Assembly (NCBI GenBank): GCA_964016885.1 | Contig: OZ024747.1 | Span: forward strand, 79,856,001 to 79,920,000 | Origin: Eledone cirrhosa | Lineage: Eukaryota | Direction of reading: 5' to 3' | DNA: 64,000 nt | In this document: piece after piece, positions 28,004 through 43,787 of the stretch | Layout: the number at the start of each line of letters is the position of its first letter | Position numbering within the stretch: position 1 is the first letter of the stretch | Position numbers and translations under genes: made by a program | The notes under the pieces: model-generated | The model's database searches: none | Told to the model about the DNA's origin: nothing | Seen by the model: the letters and a program-made list of their open reading frames with translations, nothing else

Positions 28004-28455
<452 letters not shown>

Positions 28456-28659
28456 AGTTTATCCCGGGTTCAATCGGGGGTAACCACAGTAAGTAAGGTA
28501 CTCAATACAAAGCAGAGTATAAATATTTAATGAAGAAAAGGTTCTACAGGACTAGAACTGTTTCATTCTGGAGAAATCATCAGGAAGCCCTGATGATCAG
28601 GAGGGCCTCCTGATGATTTCTCCGGAATGAAACAGTTCTAGTTCTGTAGAAGCCTTTCT
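28456..28659. mobile_element. Fold-back insert with two opposite hammerhead ribozymes
   Basis: Plus 28604-28654: ggcctc-CTGATGA-tttctccggaat-GAAACag ttctagtt ctGTA-gaagcc. Minus 28540-28589: ggcttc-CTGATGA-tttctccagaat-GAAACagttctagtcctGTA-gaacc. Consensus stem I is ggcttc/gaagcc. Confidence 0.85.
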
Positions 28660-29006
28660 ACACATACACACATGGTGGAGGGTATGTGTATATGTGTGTG
28701 TATTTAAGATTTGTACTCGTTTGGTACAGTAACGTGGTCTGGGACTGTGTATTGAAAGTGAAATCGAAGTACAAATCGGAGACGCCATTGTGACTATTCA
28801 AGCACACGCAAAAAATATTATATTTACTTTTGGCCCATTTCTTAATCGTATTGTATGACGCCGTAACTCCTGACGGCATCGTAGAGACGCCGTTGTCACA
28901 TACCGCCTTTCTTGAACATTAAACAAAAAACCTGCTGGAGCCTATCTCCTCATCAGGTTTGAACATAGTGAATGTTGAGAGAGAGAGAGTGTGTGTGTGT
29001 GTGTGT

Positions 29007-29053
<47 letters not shown>

Positions 29054-29074
29054 AGAGAGAGAGAGAGTGTGTGT

Positions 29075-29151
<77 letters not shown>

Positions 29152-29159
29152 TGTGAGAA

Positions 29160-29200
<41 letters not shown>

Positions 29201-29306
29201 CTAAGACTGTCAATTGTCATTAACGTAACTACATCCAAATTAAATCAACGCCAGCTACGAATCCAAGCAAACGTAAACTATGCCCCTATACACGACCTCT
29301 GATTAC

Positions 29307-29361
<55 letters not shown>

Positions 29362-29389
29362 GGAGAGAGAGAGAGGGAGAGAGAGAGAG

Positions 29390-29530
29390 ACAATCGACTC
29401 TAGTACTGAACCAGCATTTTTTTATCGACCGTGAAAGGATGACAGACAAAGTTGACCTCGGCAGAGCGCAGAGGGCCGGAACGAATACTGGAAAGTCCGA
29501 CATTCTAACTACTCTGCCAATTCACAGTCC
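29390..29530 (-). mobile_element. SINE, diverged copy
   Basis: ttttatcgaccgtgaaaggatgacagacaaagttgacctcggc core. Confidence 0.7.
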
Positions 29531-29730
29531 CTATTTCTTGATAGTAAAGTCTATGTTCATAAGTACTCCATAATAGATATAAGAGTATTTCTAGGTTCTC
29601 ATATGGCTAAAACGATTCACTCTCTATTTGTGGTGCGTGTTTTTATTGATAATATGACACCTTCGCAAGTACAACATATCTGCTTATACACACGATTTCA
29701 TAGCAAGAATCTTGCAAATCATACAGAAAT

Positions 29731-29812
<82 letters not shown>

Positions 29813-29813
29813 T

Positions 29814-29881
<68 letters not shown>

Positions 29882-29894
29882 ATATACATATATA

Positions 29895-30698
29895 TCTATA
29901 TATATAAAACTGAGGATGTCTGTCTGTGTGTGTGTGAGTTTGAATCCCTAAAACTCGAGAACCACTCAACCGACTGTTTTCAAACTTTACACATGTAATA
30001 CTTATGTTTCAGGGAGTGTTCTGGGCAAAAGAAATTTCAAATTTTCAATGCCCTAGGGACCGCATTAGGCGATTTAGCGATCTCTCTCTATAATTCTTAG
30101 TTTTTCTCTTTTTAGATAGATACATACATATAACGTCGCGCTCTTATAATATCTGTCTGTATGTCTGGCTGTCTGCATTACGTCACTTGCCTTAGAATGT
30201 CTGTCTGTGTGTGTGTGTGTGTGTGAGTTTGAATCCCTAAAACTCGAGAAGTACCCAACCAACTTTTTCAAACTTTACATGTGTATTACTTATGTTTCAG
30301 GGAGTGTTATGCAATTTTTGATCTCCTAGGGCCCGCATTAGGTGAAAAACTGCGTTTTTTCAGGTTTTTAGTTTTTCTTTGAGGCGTTACGTCAGACTGA
30401 TTTCCTTGAAATTGTAACTATGTATTAGTCAGTCTCTTCTTCATACCGTGAGCAAAGAAAATCCAACTTTTTTATGGCCTAGGTCCCGGATTAGGTGAAA
30501 AACTTTTTCAGCTTTTTAGGCCCGCATTAGGTGAAAACCTGCATTTTCCCTGCTTCATCGAGGAAAATCTTAAAGATTATCCAGCCATCAGAGTATTCGG
30601 TTTATTTTCTTTAGATATTGTCGAGGCATGTAGTAGGTCTGTTGGCGGCCCGCGGTCCAAAATATCTTATCCCGTGCAACGCCGGGTACCACTGCTAG
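29895..30698 (+). mobile_element. Non-autonomous Helitron
   Basis: Inserted at A|T. 5' TCTATATATATAAAA start, (CTGT)/(GT) tract near the 5' end, 3' hairpin cccgtgcaacgccggg (30671-30686), then CTAG (30695-30698). Internal duplication 29917-30070 / 30198-30343. Confidence 0.85.
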
Positions 30699-31194
30699 TA
30701 TTATATATATATATACATACATATCTATCTATCTATCTACCTATCTATCTATCTCTCTATCTCTCTATCTCTCTCTCTCTCTCGCTCTCTCTCTCTCTAT
30801 ATATACGTATATATGTGTGTGTATATGTGTTATATGTATGTGTGTTAAAAAATATGTACTCACAAATAGATACGCACACTCACAAACACACACACACACA
30901 CATTTGGTCTGAAATATGAACACACAAAGCCCTTCTACACACACACACAGCCACACACACATACACATATAGTTAGTTATAGGAGAATATTCGGTTTTTT
31001 GTTATATTCTTTTCTCTTGAATTCACTGAGGCTGAAATATAAATAAATACACGTCAACATTACTATTTCGACCAAAGCTGCTCAGGCAGGGAAATCTGTT
31101 TGTATGAATTTCTTGATGCACGGCAAAACATTCGAACAATAACATAACAGCAGCACTAAAATCACCGATGTCACCGCCATCACAGTGTTCTCTG

Positions 31195-32583
31195 TCACCA
31201 CCATGATGGCCAATCACTACCCACCACCATGATGGCCAATCACTACCCACCACCATGATGGCCAATCGCTAACCACCACCATGATGGCCAATCACTACCC
31301 ACCACCATGATGGCCAATCGCTAACCACCACCATGATGGCCAATCACTACCCACCACCATGATGGCCAATCGCTACCCACCACCATGATGGCCAATCACT
31401 ACCCACCACCATGATGGCCAAGCACTACCCACCACCATGATGGCCAATCGTTACCCACCACCATGATGGCCAATCGCTACCCACCACCATGATGGCCAAT
31501 CACTACCCACCACCATGATGGCCAAGCACTACCCACCACCATGATGGCCAATCGCTACCCACCACCATGATGGCCAATCGCTACCCACCACCATGATGCC
31601 AATCACTACCCACCACCATGATGGCCAATCACTACCCACCACCATGATGGCCAATCGCTACCCACCACCATGATGGCCAATCACTACCCACCACCATGAT
31701 GGCCAATCGCTACCCACCACCATGATGGCCAAGCACTACCCACCACCATGATGGCCAATCGCTACCCACCACCATGATGGCCAATCGCTACCCACCACCA
31801 TGATGGCCAATCACTACCCACCACCATGATGGCCAAGCACTACCCACCACCACGATGGCCAATCGCTACCCACCACCATGATGGCCAATCGCTACCCACC
31901 ACCATGATGCCAATCACTACCCACCACCATGATGGCCAATCACTACCCACCACCATGATGGCCAATCGCTACCCACCACCATGATGGCCAATCACTACCC
32001 ACCACCATGATGGCCAATCGCTACCCACCACCATGATGGCCAATCACTACCCACCACCATGATGGCCAATCGCTACCTACCACCATGATGGCCAATCGCT
32101 ACCCACCACCATGATGGCCAATCGCTACCCACCACCATGATGGCCAAGCACTACCTACCACCATGATGGCCAATCGCTACCCACCACCATGATGGCCAAT
32201 CGCTACCCACCACCATGATGGCCAATCACTACCCACCACCATGATGGCCAATCGCTACCCACCACCATGATGGCCAATCGCTACCCACCACCATGATGGC
32301 CAATCACTACCCACCACCATGATGGCCAATCGCTACCCACCACCATGATGGCCAATCGCTACCCACCACCATGATGGCCAATCACTACCCACCACCATGA
32401 TGCCAATCGCTACCTACCACCATGATGGCCAATCGCTACCCAAGACCATGATGGCCAAGCACTACCCACCACCATGATGGCCAAGCACTACCTACCACCA
32501 TGATGGCCAAGCACTACCCACCACCATGATGCCAATCGCTACCCACGACCATGATGGCCAATCGCTACCTACCACCATGATGG
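31195..32583. repeat. 26-bp minisatellite (CCACCACCATGATGGCCAATCRCTAC)
   Basis: About 50 tandem units with few variants. Confidence 0.97.
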
Positions 32584-35500
32584 CACGGCACTACCCACCA
32601 CCATAACTACCAACCACTGCCCACCACCATAACAATCGCTACCCACCACCATAGCAACCACTACCAACCACCATCACTGCCAACCACTACCCATCACCAT
32701 AACAACCACTACCCCCACCATAACAACCACTACCAACCACCATGACTGCCAACCACTACCCACCACCATGATAAGAACCACAACCCCCACCATAACAACC
32801 ACTACCCACCACCATCACTGCCAACCTCTACCCACAACCATAACCACCACTACCCACCACCATTACAGCCACCACTACCCACCACTATAACTACCAACCA
32901 CTACCCACCACCATAACAACCACTACCCACCACTATCACTGCCAACCTCTACCTACCACCATAACAACCACTACCCACCACCATAACAACCACTACCCAC
33001 CACCATTACTGTCAACCACTATCCACCACCATCACTGCCAACCCCTACCCACCACCATAACAACCACTACGCACCACCATCACTGCCAACCACTACCCAC
33101 CACCATAACAACCACGACCCACCACCATCACTGCCAACCACTACCCACCACCATCACTGCCAACCACTACCCACCACCATCACTGCCACCTCTACCCACC
33201 ACCATAACAACCTCTACCTACCACCATAACAACCACTACCCACCACCATCACTGCCAACCACTACCCACCACCATAAAAACCACTACCCACCACCATCAC
33301 TGCCAACCACTACCCACCACCATAACAACCACTACCCACCACCATCACTGCTAACCTCTACCTACCTCCATAACAACCACTACCCACTACCATAACAACC
33401 ACTACCCACCACCATAACAACCACTACCCACTACCATCACTGCCAACCTCTACCTACCACCATAACAACCATAACCCACCACCATAAGAACCACTACCCA
33501 CCACCATAAGAACCACTACCCACCACCAAAACAACCACTAACCACCACCATCACTGCCAACCTCTACCCACCACCATAACAACTACTACCCACCACCATC
33601 ACTGCCAACCACTACCCACCGCCATAACAACCACTACCCACCACCATCACTGCCAACCACTACCCACCACCATAACAACCACTACCCACCACCAACACTG
33701 CCAACCTCTACCTACCACCATAACAACCACTACCCACCACCATAACAACCACTACCCACCACCATAACAACCACTACCCACCACCAGCATAACAACCACT
33801 ACCCACCATCATAACAACTACCCACCACCATCACTGCCAACCACTACCCACCACCATAACAACCACTACCCACCACCAACACTGCCAACCTCTACCTACC
33901 ACCATAACAACCACTACCCACCACCATAACAACCACTACCCACCACCATAACAACCACTACCCACCACCAGCATAACAACCACTACCCACCACCATAACA
34001 ACCACTACCCACCACCATAACAACCACTACCCACCACCATCAGTGCCAACCACTACCTACCACCATAACAACCACTACCCACCACCATCACTGCCAACCA
34101 CTGCCCACCACCATAACAACCACTACCCACCACTATCACTGCCAACCACTACCCACCACCACCATAACAACCACTACCCACCACCATAACAACCACTACC
34201 CACCACCATCACTGCCAACCACTACCCACCACCACCATAACAACCTCTACCCACCACCATAACAACCACTACCCACCACCATAACAACCACTACCCACCA
34301 CCATCACTGCCAACCACTACCCACCACCATAACAACCACTACCCACCACCATAACAACCACTACCCACCACCATAACAACCACTACCCACCACCATCACT
34401 GCCAACCACTACCCACCACCATAACAACCACTACCCACCACCATAACAACCACTACCCACCACTATCACTGCCAACCACTACCCACCACCACCATAACAA
34501 CCACTACCCACCACCATAACAACCACTACCCACCACAATAACAACCACTACCCACCACTATCACTGCCAACCACTACCCACCACCACCATAACAACCACT
34601 ACCCACCACCATAACAACCACTACCCACCACCATCACTGCCAACCACTACCCACCACCACCATAACAACCACTACCCACCACCATAACAACCACTACCCA
34701 CCACCATAACAACCACTACCCACCACCATCACTGCCAACCACTAGCCACCACCATAACAACCACTACCCACCACCATAACAACCACTACCCACCACCATA
34801 ACAACCACTACCCACCACCATCACTGCCAACCACTACCCACCACCATAACAACCACTACCCACCACCATAACAACCACTACCCACCACTATCACTGCCAA
34901 CCACTACCCACCACCACCATAACAACCACTACCCACCACCATAACAACCACTACCCACCACCATAACAACCACTACCCACCACTATCACTGCCAACCACT
35001 ACCCACCACCACCATAACAACCACTACCCACCACCATAACAACCACTACCCACCACCATCACTGCCAACCACTACCCACCACCACCATAACAACCACTAC
35101 CCACCACCATAACAACCACTACCCACCACCATCACTGCCAACCACTACCCACCACCACCATAACAACCACTACCCACCACCATAACAACCACTACCCACC
35201 ACCATCACTGCCAACCACTACCCACCACCACCATAACAACCACTACCCACCACCATAACAACCACTACCCACCACCATCACTGCCAACCACTACCCACCA
35301 CCACCATAACAACCACTACCCACCACCATAACAACCACTACCCACCACCATCACTGCCAACCACTACCCACCACCACCATAACAACCACTACCCACCACC
35401 ATAACAACCACTACCCACCACTATCACTGCCAACCACTACCCACCACCACCATAACAACCACTACCCACCACCATAACAACCACTACCCACCACCATCAC

Positions 35501-37452
35501 TGCCAACCACTACCCACCACCATAACAACCACTACCCACCACCATAACAACCACTACCCACCACCATCACTGCCAACCACTACCCACCACCATAACAACC
35601 ACTACCCACCACCATCACTGCCAACCACTACCCACCACCATAACAACCACTACCCACCACCATCACTGCCAACCACTACCCACCACCATAACAACCACTA
35701 CCTACCACCATAACAACCACTACCCACCACCATAACAACCACTACCCACCACCATAACAACCACTACCCACCACCATCACTGCCAACCACTACCCACCAC
35801 CATAACAACCACTACCCACCACCATCACTGCCAACCACTACCCACCACCATAACAACCACTACCCACCACCATAACAACCACTACCCACCACCACCATAA
35901 CAACCACTACCCACCACCATAACAACCACTACCCACCACCATCACTGCCAACCACTACCCACCACCATAACAACCACTACCCACCACCATCACTGCCAAC
36001 CACTACCCACCACCATAACAACCACTACCCACCACCATCACTGCCAACCACTACCCACCTCCATAACAACCACTACCCACCACCACCATAACAACCACTA
36101 CCCACCACCATAACAACCACTACCCACCACCACCATAACAACCACTACCCACCACCATAACAACCACTACCCACCACCATCACTGCCAACCACTACCCAC
36201 CACCATAACAACCACTACCCACCACCATCACTGCCAACCACTACCCACCACCATAACAACCACTACCCACCACCATAACAACCACTACCCACCACCATCA
36301 CTGCCAACCACTACCCACCACCATAACAACCACTACCCACCACCATCACTGCCAACCACTACCCACCACCATAACAACCACTACCTACCACCATAACAAC
36401 CACTACCCACCACCATAACAACCACTACCCACCACCATAACAACCACTACCCACCACCATCACTGCCAACCACTACCCACCACCATAACAACCACTACCC
36501 ACCACCATCACTGCCAACCACTACCCACCACCATAACAACCACTACCCACCACCATCACTGCCAACCACTACCCACCACCATAACAACCACTACCCACCA
36601 CCATAACAACCACTACCCACCACCATCACTGCCAACCACTACCCACCACCATAACAACCACTACCCACCACCATCACTGCCAACCACTACCCACCACCAT
36701 AACAACCACTACCCACCACCATAACAACCACTACCCACCACCATCACTGCCAACCACTACCCACCACCATAACAACCACTACCCACCACCATCACTGCCA
36801 ACCACTACCCACCACCATAACAACCACTACCTACCACCATAACAACCACTACCCACCACCATAACAACCACTACCCACCACCATAACAACCACTACCCAC
36901 CACCATCACTGCCAACCACTACCCACCACCATAACAACCACTACCCACCACCATCACTGCCAACCACTACCCACCACCATAACAACCACTACCCACCACC
37001 ATAACAACCACTACCCACCACCACCATAACAACCACTACCCACCACCATAACAACCACTACCCACCACCATCACTGCCAACCACTACCCACCACCATAAC
37101 AACCACTACCCACCACCATCACTGCCAACCACTACCCACCACCATAACAACCACTACCCACCACCATCACTGCCAACCACTACCCACCACCATAACAACC
37201 ACTACCCACCACCATCACTGCCAACCACTACCCACCACCATAACAACCACTACCCACCACCATAACAACCACTACCCACCACCATCACTGCCAACCACTA
37301 CCCACCACCATAACAACCACTACCCACCACCATAACAACCACTACCCACCACCATCACTGCCAACCACTACCCACCACCATAACAACCACTACCCACCAC
37401 CATCACTGCCAACCACTACCCACCACCATAACAACCACTACCCACCACCATC
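32584..37452. repeat. Mixed 23/26-bp minisatellite (CCACCACCATAACAACCACTAC / CCACCACCATCACTGCCAACCACTAC)
   Basis: Two interleaved unit types that share the CTACCCACCACCAT core with the upstream array. Confidence 0.97.
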
Positions 37453-37804
37453 ATTCTCCTAGCTTGCCAATCTCTAACTCCATCGACCTTTTTTTTCTGA
37501 AATTTGTTGTCCATTTCAGGCTGGTCAATATTAATATCTCTTGACCCTGACACGCCTTTTTTTCTTCTTTTACTGGTTTCAGTCATTAGACTGCGGCCAT
37601 GCTGGGGCACCGTCTTCATTTTGACGATCATATCGACCTAGGTCCTAATTTTTTTTTCTTGTTTGTTTCTTATTTTATCTTATTTTATCGATTTCTTTTG
37701 TTGAATTTGTAAGTTATGAGACAAACACATACTCTTAAACAAACGTAAGCATACATCTACACACACATCTACATACGCGCACACACATCTACACACACAT
37801 ACAC

Positions 37805-37805
37805 G

Positions 37806-37839
<34 letters not shown>

Positions 37840-37856
37840 CATATACATATACATAT

Positions 37857-37887
<31 letters not shown>

Positions 37888-37892
37888 CATAT

Positions 37893-37923
<31 letters not shown>

Positions 37924-37924
37924 C

Positions 37925-37956
<32 letters not shown>

Positions 37957-38148
37957 ATATACATATACATATACATATACATATATATATATACATATAT
38001 ATATATACATATACATATACATATATATATATACATATACATATACATATATATATATACATATACATATACATATATATATATACATATACATATATAT
38101 ATATACATATACATATATATATATATAATACATATACATATATATTAT

Positions 38149-38182
<34 letters not shown>

Positions 38183-38223
38183 ATATACAATATATAATAT
38201 ATATATATACATATATATATAAC

Positions 38224-38254
<31 letters not shown>

Positions 38255-38440
38255 CATATATATATATACATATATATATATACATATATATATATACATA
38301 TATTATATATACATATATATATATACATATATATATATACATATATATATATACATATATATATATACATATATATATATACATATATATATATACATAT
38401 ATATATATACATATATATATATATACATATACATATATAC

Positions 38441-38480
<40 letters not shown>

Positions 38481-38494
38481 ATGTATGTATATAT
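37805..38494. repeat. (TA)n/(CATATA)n microsatellite
   Basis: Seen directly. Confidence 0.95.
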
Positions 38495-38684
38495 GAAAAG
38501 AGTCAAGACCCCGACGGCTGAGCTCCGGCCGTTTCGACAGCTAGATCCGAAGTGAGTTCAGATCTAGCTGTCGAAACGGCCGGAGCTCAGCCGTCGGGGT
38601 CTTGACTCTTTTCCTATTACCCACTCTACTACCCTAAGTATCGAGTACTCTGGTGCGTTATGATCCTCCTTACCCCACTTTCTT

Positions 38685-38687
<3 letters not shown>
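38495..38687 (+). mobile_element. Fold-back PLE-like fragment in (TA)n, hairpin centred on HHR stem II
   Basis: Near-perfect palindrome 38495-38613. GAAACggc cggagctca gccGTC-gggg at 38573-38599 (stem III plus GUC site). Unpaired tail runs to 38687. Confidence 0.85.
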
Positions 38688-38725
<38 letters not shown>

Positions 38726-39406
38726 AGATTGTTATATATATATATATGTATGTATAGATATATTACGAGCTTCTGTCGTTTCTGTCTACGAATTTCCACT
38801 CACAATCATTGATCAACCTGTAACTATAGCAAAAGACACTTGCACTGCGGAACTGAAACCAGAACCTTTTGTTGCGAAACGAACTCTTTAACCTCAGAGC
38901 CACATCGGCTGTAAAAAAATGAATGAAGGTGGTGAAGGTCGAACGAACTCTTCAAGTTTCTTGCTGTTTATTCAGTATGTAAAAACCTGAACATTCTAGG
39001 CACAAATATCCCAATAATGTTTTGAATTGGTTGAGAAAACGCCGAATATAATCTGTGAAACAAAATAGAATATGAATAATGGAATAACTTAATAGTTATT
39101 GATGTATTTCTAACGAGACAGAAGGTCAATTATTGTTCAGGGAACAGAGTGAAGTCAATGGAATCAACCTTTGTGTATCACTGTTACACAGTGACTGAGG
39201 AAGTGGCTACGGATTACCCGACCTGTTAGTAACATACCTGTCAACTCTCCCGCCCGACGGGGAGATCTCCCACCCACTTTGGGGTGGATGAGAGATGTCT
39301 TCTCTTATTTCTATTTTTAATCAATTAAATAAAGGAGAGGAGGCACCATTTTTAGACACTCAAAGGGAGACAACATCTGCCAGGTTAATATTTGGTTTGT
39401 TATTAA

Positions 39407-39890
39407 GGGCGATGGATTGGCAGTATCGGTGGAGCGCCGGACAACATGCTTTATGGCATAGAGTTATGCCCCTTTACGATCTGAGTTCAAATCCTGCCGA
39501 GGTTAGCTTTGCCTTTCATCCTTACGGAGTCGATAAAATAAAGTACCAGTAATAAATAAAGTACCAGTAATTTTTATAAATTTCCATTCTTCATTATGAA
39601 TTTCTTTTTCTCTTAAATTTAGAAGACCTGAACTACTAAATGGGTATATGACCTGCTGTATAAAATGTTTAAAAAAAATACTGGAGTCGATTTAATCGAC
39701 TCACTCTACCCCAAAATTGTTGGCCTTGTGCCTAAATCAAAAACCAATATTTGGTTTGTCATTTTTCATTATTTATTCTGAGTTCAAATCTTGCTGAGGT
39801 CAATACTGCCGTTCATCTTTCCGGAGTTTGATAAAATAAAGTACTAGTAAAGTACTGGAGCTTGATTTAACCAAAATTGCAGGCCTTGTG
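39407..39890 (+). mobile_element. SINE split by a ~130-bp insertion, followed by a further partial SINE
   Basis: 5' part 39407-39550, 3' part 39679-39750, second core 39775-39890. Confidence 0.8.
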
Positions 39891-40487
39891 GTGCTATTAA
39901 ATTAGACATGGCCTGGACCAATACTGGCCGAAACCTATCGAAGCTATCAAAGTTAGGTTTGTGTCTAAATTAGAAACCGTTATTCTTTACTTTGACTATT
40001 TCTTCTGTTTTTCCCTCTACACTCTCACTCCATTGTCGGTATATTCACTCTATTTCCTCACAGTATAGATATATACACTCCACCACCTCATATTGTTGAA
40101 GTATCGATATCTCTTGAGACTATATCTGTTAAAAATCCGGTCTATTTTCTCTTCTATTGTCAAGTTTTCCGTTTTTCTTTTTTTTTTTCCATTCGATCGT
40201 TAATATTTGACACTCATTGTTACAATTGAGGAGAAATAACTCATTTTACCACCCAAGGGCCATACACCTTAACGGAAGCGGAAATGTTTTATTTGTTGCA
40301 AAATAATTTCTCAAAACATAGCTAAATAAATAATAACGTGAGCTGGTGAATTGTTTTTATGGCAAGAAACTCTTAGTAACTACAATGGATTGATTATCTA
40401 TAGTTTGTATTGTGTTATATATATTACTCTGCATATTTATATCGTATGCTATATGTTTGTAAATATTGCTTATCAATCTTAATGCGA

Positions 40488-40575
<88 letters not shown>

Positions 40576-40593
40576 GATCTATCTATCTATCTA

Positions 40594-40810
40594 TCTCAAA
40601 AACGAAGGAGAGGCGGTATTCCTTTGTGTGATAGCTATGGCGAAAGAGGTTGTATGGTGGACGAGGTTAAGTGGGCTGAGGTCAGACACCTTTCTCTCCG
40701 GCCAACAACTGATTCTTTTTTTCAAATACCACTTTGGAAGAAGAATCAGGATGGAGAGAGAGGTGCTGTATGTACCCCAGCAAGTTTTATGCAAGGTGGG
40801 ATTCATTAGA
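40594..40810 (+). pseudogene. C-terminal fragment of an L1/Tx1-type ORF2, adjacent to (TCTA)n
   Basis: LKNEGEAVFLCVIAMAKEVVWWTRLSG...LILFFKYHFGRRIRMEREVL, then (frameshift) SKFYARW. This resembles the AK..IW..R / F..RW end of L1/Tx1 ORF2. Confidence 0.6.
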
Positions 40811-42144
40811 TAATATATTCCTTGACACACTCTCTCCGAAAGAAGGATGAGATGGTCATCTGGAATGTCTTTGTACATAGATCTGTCTGATCAGAGGTGA
40901 CTTGGATTGAACAACAATATCGATTCAGTATATTACTGTTATTCATATAATCCTTGATTTACGACAAAGCAAAGGGGACCTCCCGTCCAACAGTGTTTAA
41001 ATTCAGATCAGGGAAATATCGAACTTAGAAAACAACAGTCTGGCGTCCTCTTGTTTCGGCCAAATATTTCTTTCTTAGGAATAATTTCCTTTCCTGCAGC
41101 TATAGCCGATTAACTCGTTCTCAGTATATTCCTGCCTAGTCTGAACTTTTACCTCTTTATTGATTAAGAATTGATATGTTGAACAAATATATCTGAACTA
41201 TTTACAACAGTTTAGACTATTTACTATCGATTTTTCTCAATATCAATAGCAGCATACCAAAATATTAAAAAATATGACTATGGAGTTTTTGTGAAAGAAC
41301 GCGTGAAGTGTACGAATACGTTACATAAATATCTATTCGTATTTTTGTCCATTGTTTTCTGTTCATCTATTCTGTAATCACGTCCTGCGCTTGGCATTGG
41401 AGACTTCTGGTGTCCTTGGCCCTAGGACTACCTCCCTACGTACCACCATAGGCGCTGAGCTGGCTACTCCTAACAGTGGAGACTTCTGGTGCCCTTGTCC
41501 CTAGGGCTACCTCCCTATTCACCTCCATAGGCACTGAGCTGGCCAGCCGCAGGTGTGAGCCTCGCGAGTTGGAATAGCTCTTCCAGCGCATCTCCCTTAC
41601 CATCCTCCGGGAAAACGCCTTCTCCATCCTGTCTGCCGGGGCTGTTGGGAGGCCACCACGTGGGACCCCATTTGCTCACCATACGGATTAATAGGCAAAG
41701 TTACAAATTATTGTAAATAAAAAAAATAACTGGTTATGAAATACCAAGTCTTTACTAAAACGCTGCTATCTTATTCATTGAGCTATTACGACGTCAGTTC
41801 TGACTGTGTGTAATACATGTTGTTGCGTCTGATAAAGGCATCAGTTTAGATAGAAATCTGATAGGATTCTGCTTTTTCTGGTAGAACATTTGTCACTTAT
41901 TTTTTTATCGTATTAAAAGTGGTGATAAAAAAAAACGTATGCCATTGGCGTCTTTGGAATTTCTGAAAGGTTTATTTATTTAAAAGATTCTTTAAAAAAA
42001 AAGAGATTTAATTCTAAACTGTGTGTAGTTGAATGTGTAAATATCATGAAAAAACATTTTAAATAGAGATAGATATATTTCTTTATTAACCACAAGGGCG
42101 CACAAAGAAATATATCTATCTCTATTTTAAATGTTTTTTTCAAG

Positions 42145-42175
<31 letters not shown>

Positions 42176-42212
42176 CACAGAGAAAGAGGGAGACAGGGAT
42201 TGAGAAAGAGAG

Positions 42213-42334
<122 letters not shown>

Positions 42335-42343
42335 GATAGATAG

Positions 42344-42376
<33 letters not shown>

Positions 42377-43065
42377 AATAGAGATAGAGTGAGAGAGAGA
42401 CAGAGAGAGAGAATCAGATATACAGACAAAATAAAAAGACAGTGTCAACCAGTGGTCAGTGAATCGTTAGTTTTCGTCTGAAAAAATCCGAGCAAAAGAA
42501 TTACCAAATGAAGGTTAAGAGTAATTTTCTTTTTCTTTTTCTTTTTAGTTATTATTAATGTTTTTTTAATAAAAAATGTTTATAAGATGAATAATTTCTT
42601 GTTGGGAATTTACATTGGCCGACTACAGAAACTCTCGATAAAAAATATAACTATAAAAAGGAAAAAGGAATACTCATATTTCAATGTATCATTTCTTTCA
42701 ATTTTATACACAATTTAATCAACTATTGATTAGCTGAGCAGAGGAACTCAATTTCCATTTGAAATACAGAACATTGCATACATAATTTAAAGAAAAGATC
42801 GATTTTCTCTTTTATTCCCCACCAGCCTTCTCACCTCGCAGCTACAAAATATCAAAATAGATGTTAACTGCTTAGAGTTGTGGATATTTTCAGATCAGAT
42901 GTACTCCATATAGATATTATAACTTATTAATTCAACATTGTAACATCAGATACAAAACAAAATATAATATGTGTATTACATGAACCTATATATGCATATT
43001 TATATAAATATACACACACATATATATATATGTATATGTGTTTGTATATTATGTATATATATATG

Positions 43066-43167
<102 letters not shown>

Positions 43168-43787
43168 ACTTAACATATATATATATATATATGTAACTTA
43201 ACAAAAGAAATGGCGGGAAACTGCACGCATCAGGGGTGATATAATATTGGAAAAAGTACAAACTCCGTTGTCTTCGTGTGTCTTTGTTTCCAGGTCTAAC
43301 TCGTTCTTTTCGTGACGTATTAAGCGTTGTATATTTTATTATACACACGAAAGTTTTATATATATAGCTATCCTAAACGGACGGTAGTCCGTTTAGTAAT
43401 ATTGTTGTGGTCGTGTTTTCGTTGGCAATCGTCTGTTTACGACAGTACAGCGCGGCTCTACTTTATTTAACTGAGATAAAACTTATATGAGCATGAACAG
43501 TAGATCATTACGCATCTTTTGGCTTAAAAATCTAGAAATTTGGTCCAGCGGGAAAAAGTTTATAATCAAAGTTTGCTGATAAATCTTGTGTTCAAGTGAG
43601 TGAGTAGTAAGCGTGACGCTAGGGGAGGTAATCCAGAAATGACGTAACTTTGTCATTAAGCCAGTTGCCTCAACTAGATTGCAATTATACTCAAAAGAAC
43701 TTTAAAATGTCAATCACTTGTCAGTAATTCACTATGATCATTTAATTATTAGATAGTTGTTGCTTGCATTGCCTTAAAAAATAGTAG

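Noticed and set aside
28658-28930. CpG-rich 73-aa ORF as a host exon
   Set aside because: No recognisable domain or convincing splice boundaries, and it runs into a microsatellite.
31195-37452. Possible CRISPR array or mucin-like coding repeat
   Set aside because: There are no unique spacers, the context is eukaryotic, and 23/26-bp units break frame with frequent stops.
41385-41690. GC-rich segment with an internal ~80-bp duplication, possibly a LINE 5' region/ORF1
   Set aside because: No diagnostic motif; family not assignable.
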